From positions 6,154,123 through 6,218,122 of the forward strand of contig NC_069116.1 of the NCBI RefSeq assembly GCF_025612915.1: 64,000 bases of DNA, read 5' to 3'. Shown here in pieces: positions 1 through 11,776 of the stretch (its first letter is position 1; the number at the start of each line of letters is the position of its first letter). The notes beneath the pieces were generated by a model, which was not told where the DNA came from, made no database searches, and saw only the letters and a list, made by a program, of their open reading frames with translations. Source of the stretch: Crassostrea angulata (taxonomy: Eukaryota). Both the position numbers and the translations under genes were made by a program.

Positions 1-2
1 CT

Positions 3-35
3 CTATGTTTTTCTTTTCCATTCGTTGTATCCACC
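3..35 (-). CDS. TST/MPST-like terminal exon, GGYNEWKRKT plus stop (stop codon at 3-5).
   Basis: Acceptor ttattttatag after a 102-bp GT-AG intron. The joined C-terminus CNSGMSSCSVVTAIIYCGGQARLYSGGYNEW matches the length and pattern of TST C...DGSWFEW. Confidence 0.7.
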   Translation of the reverse strand, partial: GGYNEWKRKT

Positions 36-137
36 CTATAAAATAAGTAAAATATGAAGGTTTTTTTCTCTCAAAAAATGGCTTATCCTGATTATCCAAA
101 AGTTGTCTAAAATCAAAGAAATATAGGTGTTACTTAC

Positions 138-259
138 ACTATAGAGCCTTGCTTGGCCTCCACAGTAAATGATTGCCGTGACAACACTACACGAGGACAT
201 GCCACTGTTGCAGTAACAGACGGTAGGTTGGTTGAGATTTACACCTTTTTCAGTCAGAA
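138..259 (-). CDS. TST/MPST-like exon 6 with catalytic Cys loop, (F)LTEKGVNLNQPTVCYCNSGMSSCSVVTAIIYCGGQARLYS.
   Basis: Frame of track ORF 36..332. Aligns to TST [39 protein letters not shown]. Acceptor ttttag, donor GTAAGT (perfect consensus). Confidence 0.8.
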
Positions 260-341
260 CTAAAATCAAGGATATTGTAATTGTCATAAATAGAGATTTC
301 AGTGGGAAAGCGTAATTGGTTGTTTGAAGCAATTCGCTTAC

Positions 342-434
342 ACTCTCTTAGTTCATCTTTCGGCATAATCAGGTGACCCTTAACTATGACGCTCATCGGA
401 ATATTTATTGCATTTCCAATGTATGTTGATGGAT
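342..434 (-). CDS. TST/MPST-like exon 5, (D)PSTYIGNAINIPMSVIVKGHLIMPKDELRE.
   Basis: GxAINIP...ELR motif of the catalytic rhodanese domain. Acceptor tttgcag, donor GTAAGC, phases 1/1 consistent with neighbours. Placed by hand. Confidence 0.75.
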
Positions 435-1148
435 CTGCAAAGTAAAAAGTTGCTATGAAATAGACACTATGTTAAATAGTTGTATAGAAATAAAATAAGT
501 TGAACCCGATCAGATCTTTTGATAAAAATATCAAAAATGTTCGTATTGCATATTGAACATTAGTATTGACATTTATATGTTTTATTTACGTATGAGAACG
601 ACGAATCCTTCCAATTTATTATCATAACCCCATTATGCGGCATGTGGTGGGAGCATGTACGACCACTTTTCCTGTTTACTGTAAAATTTACATTTTATCT
701 CCTTCGTAGGTTTACAAAAATATTATATATTTACAATTGTTATCTTTAAAAAATAGCACAAAGTCGACAAGAGTAAACAATCTTGTTTTAGCAGCTATAG
801 AAACAAAAATGTACAATTAGCAATCTTGTCCGATAATCATTTCATATATTTGCATCGATGCGACTCTGTTACCTTATTATTTCATATTACGAGATGTAAG
901 AGCGACAGTATCAACGCCCATTCGGCCCTTATGAATAAAGATTACAATCGACGTGTATACTAGTGCACAGTAGCTGAAAGTGATTTGACTGGAGGGAGAT
1001 ATCACGACTAGACGACTACTTATAGTTTTTGTCAATTTTATCGATTACTTAGGTCTATGCCGAAGGGCATTTTCAAACTTCAAAGCAGACATTTTAATGT
1101 GAATTACATGTGCGTAGTTAGCCCTCATGCTAGTCTACAGAAACAAAC

Positions 1149-1287
1149 CTTTCAAATTAAGTTTATCGCTAGCTCTGGAGTCGATTATCTGTCCGTGTGT
1201 CTTCACAATCTGGACCATTTCATCGAATTCAACTCTTAGATTTCCTCGAACGTTGGTGCTAAATTCCCCAATCTCAAAAGAAATCAA
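1149..1287 (-). CDS. TST/MPST-like exon 4, interdomain linker and start of domain 2, LISFEIGEFSTNVRGNLRVEFDEMVQIVKTHGQIIDSRASDKLNLK.
   Basis: Frame of track ORF 1135..1341. Matches TST linker and the IDSRA start of domain 2. Acceptor aataatgcag, donor GTTTGT, phase 1. The 55-bp intron from exon 3 is short but in frame. Confidence 0.6.
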
Positions 1288-1352
1288 CTGCATTATTATT
1301 ACAAAATATTTTATTTGATAATTGAATTTAAAAATAAGCATAAATTACATAC

Positions 1353-1451
1353 TTTGCAATTTGAACATCTTTCCTTGGAAACGTCCCCGTTTTCTTCTAA
1401 CCATTGACTGAAGCCGCCATCAAGAACACTGATTGACTGATGTCCAAAGTA
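1353..1451 (-). CDS. TST/MPST-like exon 3, YFGHQSISVLDGGFSQWLEENGDVSKERCSNCK.
   Basis: Frame of track ORF 1311..1508. FGHxxVSVLxGGFxxW is the C-terminal signature of rhodanese domain 1. Acceptor cag sits directly after a 20-bp minisatellite. Donor GTATGT at 1352 (alternative: read-through to a stop at 1311). Confidence 0.7.
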
Positions 1452-1726
1452 CTGTAGATATGAAACAAGTACCTCAGGTATGAAACAAATCTCACAGGGA
1501 TGAAACAATTACCACATGTATGAAACAAGTTCCACATGTATGAAACAAGTTCCACATGTATGAAACCAGTTTCACAGCTATGAAACAAGTACCACAGGTA
1601 TGAACCAAGTGTCACAGGTATGAAATAAGTATACCACAGGTATGAAACAAGTGTCACGGGTTTGAAACAAATGTCACAGGTATGAAACAAGTACCACATG
1701 TATGAAACAACAACTGTGCATTGCAT
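1440..1726. repeat. Minisatellite of about 14 copies of a 20-bp unit gtatgaaacaagtaccacag, inside TST-like intron 2.
   Basis: Direct tandem repetition visible in the sequence. Track ORF 1397..1726 is just its translation. Confidence 0.9.
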
Positions 1727-2166
1727 GAGTAGATATAATTAATAGGACATTTCAAAGAGACTTAAGGGTAAATTATTGTTTGAATTCATCACATTCAAAA
1801 ATCTAATTAATCAACTAATTTTTTGTCAAGTGGAAAAAAATACTTCTACCAAAGACTTATCATAATAAAAAAACTTTATAAATAGATTTTTAATCATTTT
1901 ACTGCTACATTCATAATTTACCAAAAATTACATATTCATAAATCTGGTCAAGTCTAATGCAACTTTTCTAAGAAAATCTTTCCGGGTGTTTTGAGCGACC
2001 TTATTTTGTTTAACTAAAAGACTATTTATAGCAATCAAAGTAAACAGCTGTTTGTTAAAGGCTGTGGTTTTAAAAAGTGTGTAATTTATATGCAAGATTC
2101 GAAAAATTGGACAGCAAGGTAGAGTTGACATATGATTACATAAAAATTCAAGGCCAAACTACATAC

Positions 2167-2368
2167 GGAGAATGTCCACCAGGCTCTTCCACTGACAAAC
2201 AGACCGCCATGCTGGGATTTGCTGTACAACACAAGGTGCGAGTCGTTGTTTATTCCTATCGCCCGAGCCCGACTTTGGAAGTTCTCCACTGATGGAAGAT
2301 TCCGCGGGTACATGTCTGTGTGGTTGTCGTCCATTATGTTAAAAAACTGGGCTCCCGGAATATGCTCT
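2167..2368 (-). CDS. TST/MPST-like exon 2, (R)EHIPGAQFFNIMDDNHTDMYPRNLPSVENFQSRARAIGINNDSHLVLYSKSQHGGLFVSGRAWWTFS.
   Basis: Same frame as track ORF 2086..2334. HIPGAxFFDI and LGIxNDxHVVxYD...RxWWxF motifs of the inactive N-terminal rhodanese domain. Acceptor tttgtag, donor GTATGT, phases match exons 1 and 3. Confidence 0.8.
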
Positions 2369-2687
2369 CTACAAAGTATGAAAATTACTTAATTGATCTA
2401 AAACACTATGTCCCATGTTCTCAATACATTCTTGAAATATATGTTTATCTCAGTGTGTACTGCCTTCAAAAGATTCGATAAAAAATTGCCCCTCTACAAT
2501 CCAGCTATAGAAATGTTACTTTATTTTATTTGATGTGCAGTTAAGTTAAAACTTTTCAATTTAAAATTTAATTTAGTTGTTTCCTTTTTTTTTGGGGGGG
2601 GGGGGGGGGTAAGGAAAGTGAACTTGAATGGAAAAACTGACTTATATAAAACAGAGGACTAGTCCATATAAATGAACATGAAAAAGA

Positions 2688-2960
2688 ACCATTTTAACAA
2701 GAGCTTGGACTTTGGGAAGTTATGTTCAACAGTTATATGTGACGTAGGCCTTACTATTTCATTGTAGGTCATTCAGCCATGGCTCTTCAAAATCAACAAT
2801 ATTTGTCTGGCTTTTGTGCTAAGACTACTCAGTCTGTGTTTATTTCACGTTAAATTAGCGTCTTTTTTAAATTTGTTATGATGCAAGAAATAGACATTTA
2901 AAGCTTACCAAAAGTCCAAGGTCTTGTTAAAATGGTTCTAATATTGCATATTTTAAATGA
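2688..2960. repeat. Dispersed repeat, copy 1 of 2. Copy 2 is at 22162-22425.
   Basis: About 270 bp alignable by eye (ccattttaacaagagcttggactttggg...aagtccaaggtcttgttaaaatggttctaat). Next to a T9G16 homopolymer. Confidence 0.7.
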
Positions 2961-2971
2961 TAAGTCTTTAC

Positions 2972-3114
2972 CTTAAGAACTCATCCTCCATGTTTTTGTC
3001 GCTTGCCCATGACACGTCCAAAATGACCAGATTTTGGAACAAATGTCTGTTGGCAATCCTGTGCTTAAGCCACTGACAACTGACAAACATATCGTTGGAC
3101 ATGCTTCCAGACAT
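2972..3114 (-). CDS. TST/MPST-like sulfurtransferase exon 1, ATG at 3112-3114. Encodes MSGSMSNDMFVSCQWLKHRIANRHLFQNLVILDVSWASDKNMEDEFL.
   Basis: Translation aligns to the N-terminal rhodanese domain of TST (LVSTKWL...VLDASW...EYLERH). An in-frame stop lies just upstream. Donor GTAAAG follows, phase 2. Placed by hand (no track ORF). Confidence 0.7.
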
Positions 3115-6100
3115 CGCACCTCAATATTTACCATCAATTTTTTTTTCAAAACTACAAGGTCTGAAGACTTGAGATTGTTTCCTGGTGCAAATCAAATCCC
3201 ATGACCTGAACAGTACAAACTGCAATTAAAATATTAATCATTCAATGAATAATATGTTGAATAGTTTAGAGAAAACTTCTCAGTGATTTCTCTTGTAACT
3301 ACTCCATACAATAGAGTTAATGTTATTTTAAGCATCTTCTTACTGGGCAATGAAAGTATTATTAGTATTAGCTATAACATTTCCGAATGCCCATTAGCTG
3401 CTACTTAAACCATTTATTTATCCAAATTGCATGGACCTCGGAACACATATACTATTCTTTAAACAAACGAAATAAAGAAAATAAATTTAATAAAAAGATG
3501 AAATGGGGTTTTGCCAAAAAAAAAAAAAAAAAACCCGCAAAATTTCGAAAATTTTCCACGGAAAGGGCTGCCTTGTGTACATTGAGCACAAAGGCTGTTC
3601 GTGCGTTCTAAACGATTGCACGTTGTACATCGAGTTTGACACTATATTCAATATCATACCAGAGGTAAATCAGCGATAATGAATTGAAATAATGTACCAT
3701 AAGAGTTTTTGCATACCCCTACCCCCCCCCCCCCCCCCCAAAAAAAAAATGTTTTACCTTCCGATTGAAAATAAGTCTATCAACATAGTTATAGATTCCA
3801 ACAATCATGCTTTTGACCATGATTGGATGAAAAGTTGAATGCAACCTCGAGTAAAGCAGAGTCGGAGATTGACAACTAAATATCCAATTAAATTTTTCAT
3901 AACATATTGTGACCATGGCTTAAAATGGTGGTTTGGAAAACGAGGGCATTTCCCCCTTTTTGCAAGCGTCATTAATGCTGACTACTTTGATATACATTGT
4001 AGTATTTTTCCCATGCATCTTTTTACAAAATCGTATTTTCTTGAAGTGAACAAAGGTTTTATCTGTATTAATAGAGATACTAATGAGAGTGGTCAACACT
4101 GGATACAATTATGCATGTAAAGTCCGGAAATGTGCCAAAAGTTCGTCTATCAAAGTAACACAATAATTAGTGCATATGGCATATTTTACGTACTACTTTA
4201 TAGGAATATTTCAAACAAGTAAACAAGCTATAACGCAGCTGCAGAACTGTAGCTCTACTGAAAATTTGGTTTCGCCAACCCGAAGGATCACTTTTTATAA
4301 CAAAAGAACTGGCCTATAGTAGAGATCGATTTCGTGGGGGGGGGGGGGGGGGAATCACTTTTAAAAATCAAAGTTCATTTGATATGTTCTACTGTACACA
4401 TTTCGATTTTTTCAAATTTTCATTTAGAACCTAGCATTTTGCGCTTGTAATTCTAAAATTAACCTTCAAAGTTGGCTAAAACATCATTTTTGCAGTAAAA
4501 CGGTCTAGTTCTGCATGCATTTTGGCCTAGAAATCCATCAGGGCAGGCCTGTTCCTAAAACTCAAAGAAGTTTTGATCTAAAAAACTTTTTAATAAAACC
4601 CAGCTACGTTTGTTTCAAAACTGGGACTTAATACCGCACATCTAATGGTTTTTGTACCCTGGTTTGGTTCCACCTGTTGCTATGATTTTTCTTTCCTTTT
4701 TTAAATTATTGATTTACATAAAAATCTATTTATTTATTATTTACTTATTTTTTGATTGTGCATTTTGCACTTTACTCCGATTTTCTTCCTTTTATGCACG
4801 TTTGCTCTTCAAATTGAAGACATTTATGAAAACGTATGTACTGAAAGCAATCAACTGTAACTATATACCTTGATGTCCCACATGAAGGACCACATCGCGT
4901 AAAATATCCGTACCAACGAGTGACATAAATGCAAGAACTTCCTTGTCAATCGTTGTGAAATAAATAAATTCAAATAAAAATAAATAAACGCATATAAAGT
5001 ACATGTATCGTATTATAGAAAGTAAGTAAACTGAAAATAGAATTTAAAGATAATAAAGTAAAGAATAAAAGGCGTCCATAACTAACTGCTCGGACAACGA
5101 CTGTGAAACTTATTTTCAATCTCTATACATTTAGAGAACTAGAACCTATGAGTTTACTGTGTATGGCCTAAAATCATGAAGTGGAATCAAATAAGCATAT
5201 CCCTATAGATCAATTCTTTTGCTGTCCACAAGGGATCCTTTCCCGTAAAATTACCTATAACATCGCGCAGCGTTGTTGTAGAGATGACGGTTTAATAAAG
5301 CAATCGTTGCGGAAAAATACACAAAAACACTCATCATGCACTGTAGTTTCACACATAAGCGGTTTCCCCAAGTCTTTGTTAATTAATAATCTAAGACTGT
5401 CTCGTTTGTGATAAAAGGTGTTATTTTTTGGCTTCCGTACTTAAGAAGTATTGTGCATCCTATACAGAAGATGTACTAGAAGTGTATTACATGTCCTGTT
5501 GATTAAGCAGGTCATATACATTGATATCTATACATATGAAATGTTTACTAACCTCAGAGAGTTAAACATGCAAATGATTATCGTAATATGCACAAGATTC
5601 CAATTTCCACAAAGAAAAGATTTTTACAATGCGATATATGACCTACCTGGAAATTGTATATGGTCATCTATCAGCCCGTCACTGTATAAATCTATGGTAT
5701 ACGGGTAGTGACATTTTACGACATTCAGCGATGTTATATGTAGTTTCTGTAACTTTCTGAATTCCGATGGTCGCCTTAGTGGAAGTTCGGGGTATGGTCT
5801 CTTTGTTTAAGTAGACTTCGATTTGTACTGTAGAAGTATTCAGCCCCGCTTATATCATCGATCTGTCTGACCCTTTGATTCGCTTGTAATAGATTGTTTA
5901 CAAAAATATGATTTTGGATATTATATACCGCATTGTTTACACCATGCTTAGTTTTGATGTGACCGTGAAATCTCATTCCGGTATGAATTCCAGAAAGAAT
6001 ACATAACCCGCAATGCTATCTTACTTAGCCTGCAATGGGCGCATGAATCACCACAGAAAGTAACTTACTGTTTATATCGATCTTTCTCTTAACATATTGA

Positions 6101-7006
6101 GGAGTTAGTCGTAAAGAGTAATTAAAAGTAACTTAATTATTGTTAATTGTATACATGTACTTTAGTACGTTAATAAAAGAATTTGCCAAGGCGTCTTATA
6201 TGGGAATTTGAGTCTAACATGATTAAGATTTTATTTCGTGAAGTCTGTGATTTTTCTAAGGTTGTTGTAGGTTTCAATTAATTGGTTAGGACTGAATGGC
6301 TCGTGAAGATTTCAGCCCTGTCAGTTTCCACAGAGCTATGAATTACAATCAATTTCCGTAAGAAAAAAAAGGGAATCATACTTGGTGGGTGTAAATATAT
6401 AGCTATGAATCACAATCGGCTTTCATATGAAATAGATGAGAAATTACTTGGTAGATGTAAATATATTTTGTTTGTAATTTCTTTTTAAGGAGATCAAGAC
6501 CTTCGTCGGAATCCACGGATTTCTAATCGTTACAATTGAAGGCAGTTTAAATGCAGTACTAGTATAACGGATAAAGTACCCTACGTGTGTATCGACATGA
6601 AGGCTTGGTTCAGAAATACATAATAGTACATCTACGACGTACATTTACACTTTTCAACTTCTTTAGACTTTTATGGGTAAAAAGCATCCATAATAACAAT
6701 AATGTATTCGTCAGTATGTAATAACATATTAATATTGTGAAATGCTTCCTCAAAAGAAGTAAAATTCGGTAAACAAAACGATATTTTTTGCAGCAGAGGG
6801 AAGTTACGTTGAGCTAGGTTTAGGATTTTAAATCCCGCAATATATGTTCCTTACTTTGCTGACTGTAGAAGTCGGGTGAAATTTCGCCAAAAAAAACGTT
6901 CCTATGTCATGAATACATTATCTTATAAAGTGGTATAATTAAACACTTTACAACAATAAATCTGTAGATTTGTACATACTAGTAATAATCAAAGTACTGA
7001 AGTACG

Positions 7007-7612
7007 GGAGTTGATTTTATCGATTATTATTTATCTTAAAATCAACGATAGGTTATTTTGCTTAGCAAGTAGTATATAATCTGTATTTGAATTACGCACA
7101 TTTTTATAATATGAATTCTCAGACTTTTCCGACAAATATTCAAAATATTTCAAATATTGTATGGATTCAACCAATAATGAACTCTAGTCTCGTTCAATCA
7201 GATGCTTGGCTGTCTCCGTTAATCTCCGACAAGTAAGAGATACCAGGTCACGTGATAGCTTGACGATGCGACCTCTAAATATAGACTGACTCTCTGCTTG
7301 TCGGAGATGTACGGAGACAGCCAATGGTTGAACGAGACTATATTGAACTCTGGCGTAGGAATACATACGACTGCAAAAAACTTCTAAATTGTTCGTTCTA
7401 TTTAAAATCTGACTATTTCCAAGGTATTTATAAATAAGTTTCCTTTGAAAAAAATGCTTCAGCGTATATTACATCGAATTTATCGATTATGTTCAAGAAC
7501 TAAGTCTTATCAGCGGTGATGATCTGTGCTTAGGTCAAAACTCTGTTTCAGTTTCGGTTTGCCAGAGTAACTGCATAGGAGAGTTGATTAAAATCAACTC
7601 CCAAAAATCAAG
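7007..7612 (+). mobile_element. MITE-like element of about 610 bp, copy 1 of 3. Terminal inverted repeats gggagttgatttta...taaaatcaactccc and a central 45-bp palindrome.
   Basis: Near-identical copies at 32644-33316 (+) and 38701-39340 (-). No coding capacity. Terminal and internal hairpins. Confidence 0.8.
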
Positions 7613-8868
7613 ACTTATTTTTTAAACTCTTTTACACAATGGCATCGGGGGAAACAAGTCTGTTTAGAATTAAAACCAGAATAGTTATAAACATTATGCA
7701 TTTAGTATTCAAATTTTCCATTCCTTTTAGAACCAAAAACTACTTTTACAATAGTTTTAATAACCAGTTAATATCTTGCTTACTGTATATATTAAAATAA
7801 AAATAGATAAAAGATAACTCTTTTTTAGAACAAACAATGCACTTTATGAATAATTTTGTTCATTTTATTATCGTTGGTAGAAAAAAGAACATGTACCAAT
7901 AAATGGAAAAAAAGTGAAATGTTACACGAGATGAGAGAACAATAACACTATCTTTGTTGCAATGCAGTAACTTGTTCAAAATTCACTCTTTTATAGTCCC
8001 CAGACTTCCTTGCATTAGGACGATAGTGGTTCAAAGTCAATAAACTTTGCGTACATATTGAGTGCCTTACATTAGCACACGTGTGATTTGAGTACGATCC
8101 TCATCAGATTCGTCTGAAACTCAGTCACGTAAATCAGGTCACAGAAAAGTTTGATTATACAGATTTGTAGAAAATAATCCATAATTCATGGTCTGTCAGT
8201 TTCACAAACATCAAAAAAAAAAAAAATTAAAAGGCTCAACCCTCAATGCATGAATAGCACTATACTAGTATATCTATCATAAAGAAAAAAAAAGCCACGA
8301 TTACAGCACAATACTTGGGAAGCAATACAAAACACGCCATGCAATAAAAAAGGAAAAAAAATCCACCTGTTATTACTTGAAATGATAATAAAAACCATGC
8401 AGTAAACTAAAATCTCTGTAATAAATATAATGCAAAGACCTTTATTGAGACTTTTTTCAAGGTGCATCACAACAACTACTGTAACCATAAAAAAGTATTG
8501 CAAAAATAAACATTTTGCCTATTTAAAAAATTGCCACCACATGTAGATAAAAAAAAAATAGCCCCAAAACCCTATCCTGGTATTTGAGCATGCCTATCTT
8601 AACCTACCAAATTTTACCAATTAACGTCCTTAAGAAGACATTCTTATAACCCAAAATTTGATGAAAGTAACTTTTGATATGAAAACAAAATGACAATTTA
8701 AAATTGTGTTGAACTAATGCAGTATGAAGGGTCTAAGGGTGCCACTACCTCCCTTTATACAGGATAAGAGGGAATAACCTTTCCATAATCAATCCCATCA
8801 AAATTGTACCAAACAAAGCAATAACAGCATGCTTAAATCAACCTTACAATGTGAAAGCTGTTTGGGGT

Positions 8869-8874
<6 letters not shown>

Positions 8875-8936
<62 letters not shown>
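8875..8936. repeat. (GA)31 microsatellite.
   Basis: Seen directly. Confidence 0.95.
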
Positions 8937-8940
<4 letters not shown>

Positions 8941-9557
8941 GCAAAACGTTATATTAGATTTATATAAACAAAAAATGTTATATTACCTAGATTACATATA
9001 ACTGGTCAGTATAACAATACTTCAAAATACAGAGGTGTAGAAAAGTAAACGCCTGTGAAAATTACGTAAACAGCTAACTACAAAAACACCCACAGCATGC
9101 ACAGTATTGCACTGACTTCCTGTCATCCACTACAGCCAATGAACAGTTACCCAGTAGCATCTTTTCACATTTCTAGAAAAAATTGCTGGTAACTTGAGTA
9201 ATCACTAGATGTAAGATCATTAGAATGAAAACCCCATGCAAAGACCCATTGTAAATATGGGGTAGAAATTTGCTCCATACAAAATACACTACAATACAAA
9301 CAAAAAATATATAGCATGCATTATTCTGGTATTTACAACAGAAATTACGGAGAGAAGTAAAGTCACAAAAAAGATGTTTACATAACAAAAATAGACATGT
9401 TCAAAAGTAGCAAGTTGGACACATACTTCAATCATCTTTGTCACTTCCTTAGCACATCTGCATAACTGGTTCCATGTTATGATCATGAACATGAAAAAAT
9501 ATACAAACATGCATTGATGTACCGTACATGAATGACTGATTTTTATGACACATCACA

Positions 9558-10240
9558 TTACACTGGCTGTAGGCAACTTCCGAACCTCTCAATGAAGTCA
9601 GAGAATTGTTGCTGAGTCAGCATATCCATGTTTAGGGTACGAACTCCGAATTTATTGAGAAAAGAGTCCACCTCATCTAAGCTACCATGGAACGTATCCT
9701 CCAGGTTAATCTGGCTGGAATTCAGTTTGTGAACCAGGGTTTTCAGTGGATTATTGAATCTGTTCTTCCTCTTCTGTCCTCTACGGAACCTTTTTCCACC
9801 ACTGTCGATGATTTCTGAAGCGTGGAGTTCATCAGTATCTGTATCTCTGCTTGTTATACTTTCACTTCTTTTCATCTGAAGGTCTATCTTGTCATCCTCC
9901 TTCAAGGAATCTGAATCACAGCAGCTTGTTGTAGATTTCTTCCCTGTTTCACTGGGACTAACTTTTAATACAGCTTCATTCTGAATTTTCTTTGCTTCAC
10001 CATCACTGTTATCTGAACTGTCAGATAAGACATCATCTGTACCATCATCACGATAAAAATTTTCTTCCCCGTTGACCTGGAACTCCATAACACAAGCCGG
10101 GTGGTTTGTGTGCTTGTCGTAACAGTGCAGGCGTACTTGATGCCGCAGGGGTGCAGCATAATTGCAGTACACGCAACTGAAGCCCTGATTTAATTGGTTC
10201 ATGTCCTTGGGACGTACCACAAAAGATGAAGGTGTGTAGC
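9558..10240 (-). CDS. C2H2 zinc-finger protein, terminal coding exon (GYTPSSFVVRPKDMNQ...one more finger FSCVYCNYAAPLRHQVRLHCYDKH...acidic tail...stop at 9558-9560).
   Basis: Frame of track ORF 9558..10280. Acceptor tttgtttcag at 10241-10243. Phase-1 join recreates a Gly codon (g+gc). The intron 10241-11776 contains a perfect hairpin. Confidence 0.8.
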
Positions 10241-11061
10241 CTGAAACAAACAAATAACGATAACCAGGAAGTAGACTCATGTAATGGAGAGCAGGAAATC
10301 AGTCGCTATAATCCTACTCATCATCTTTACATCCGCATTATGAGGAATGTTTTCACTAAACAGTTGTTCCAGAAAATATGGTTTGCTATAACTCTCATTT
10401 TACAGAGAAAAGAGAATCAAAGTTCAAATTCCCAATTTCGTTTTTGACTACAAGGAGGGTGGGGGGAGTATTTGACCTGAAGGTAACTTTTACACAATAA
10501 TCTAAAGGTTTCTTTCTGATTGGCCCTTGTACTTGTACTAAATATCTCTATAACTGGTAGATACACCAGAATATTTTTTCTATAGAATGATGTGTAATAT
10601 GGCCCCAAAGAAATATACCAAAAAAAAAAAAATAATTTCTCAACTTATTTTGCATGTACTTAATCTTTGTTATAATTACTCTTATACATCCCTTTATAAG
10701 CAAGAAAAAACAATCACATGGGGGATATAAACCATTATTTATGGTAGGGGGCATTGTTTACATTCTGACTTCACAATGTACACAAGGTTTCTGCCATCTT
10801 TAGCAAGTGAGATCTGGAGGAGAGATGGACTTTTATCTCCTCACCAAATTTGAAAGCCATTAAAATATACAAGCACATTTAAGTACATTCTATTCCTTCA
10901 GCTAGTCAATGTATTTTGTCAAAATCTATTTAAATGAGAAAGAAGGAAAATATATCTCACTGCGCTCTAAAAGTTTTATAAACAAAACTAGTGAATATTG
11001 TTTATTTTTACACTGCATTAATTTTGACCTACATTTGTCATAATCTATTACATCAGATTTT

Positions 11062-11125
11062 TTTATTGTGAAAATGTAGGTCAAGTACTGTGCAAGTACT
11101 TGACCTACATTTTCACAATAAAATT
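11062..11125. repeat. Perfect inverted repeat (26-bp arms, 5-bp loop): tattgtgaaaatgtaggtcaagtac tgtgc gtacttgacctacattttcacaata.
   Basis: Seen in sequence. Lies in the zinc-finger gene intron. Confidence 0.9.
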
Positions 11126-11776
11126 TTTTATAAAGGTTATTAAGTTTGATTAAAGTTATGGGAATAATTAGATTCAAATATCATGGAGAAACAATTAATT
11201 CTTACACTGCATGTATAGAGGCCCATAACTGGTCGGCCCACCTTTACTCATTTTTAGAGATTGAAATACTGCAGATTACCTGAATGTTCTCTTGATCAAT
11301 GTTACCTAGGGTTGTCTAATTCCAATAGTCAGAGTACTGACATCAAATCAATGCACAGAACAGGTAAATGAAACACCTGTACACATAGGTGTAACAAGTG
11401 ATCAGGACTCACTAATACAGCCTGGGGAAAACCCCTCTTATACAGACAAATGATTGAATCTATAGATAAGATCCTGTCCTCAATTTAGCTTGCTAGACAT
11501 TTGAGTAGATAAAATTTAAGGTTAAGCATTATTCATCCCTGTTCAATGAAAAACAATATGAGTAGAATGGCATGAACATAAACTTTCACATTATGTTTAT
11601 ATTTTATAGCTTGCCATGGGTTAAACATTGTTTTGTTTTTTTTGTTTTTTTTAGACTGATGTTTTTTCACCTTGACTTGGCAAATAAATTTTTCAGTTTT
11701 AATGTAGTTAAATCAAGCACATACATAATATATTGTCTAACAATATGAAAATAAACTTTTAAACGAGAAGACTCAC

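Noticed and set aside
36-332. Track ORF 36..332 (-) as a single 98-aa protein.
   Set aside because: Only its middle (138-259) is coding, as exon 6 of the TST-like gene. The rest is intron read-through: consensus GTAAGT at 137 and acceptor at 260-261.
1397-1726. Track ORF 1397..1726 (-), 109 aa.
   Set aside because: It is a translation of the 20-bp minisatellite (repeating VSYLWY/VSYMW peptides). Not a gene.
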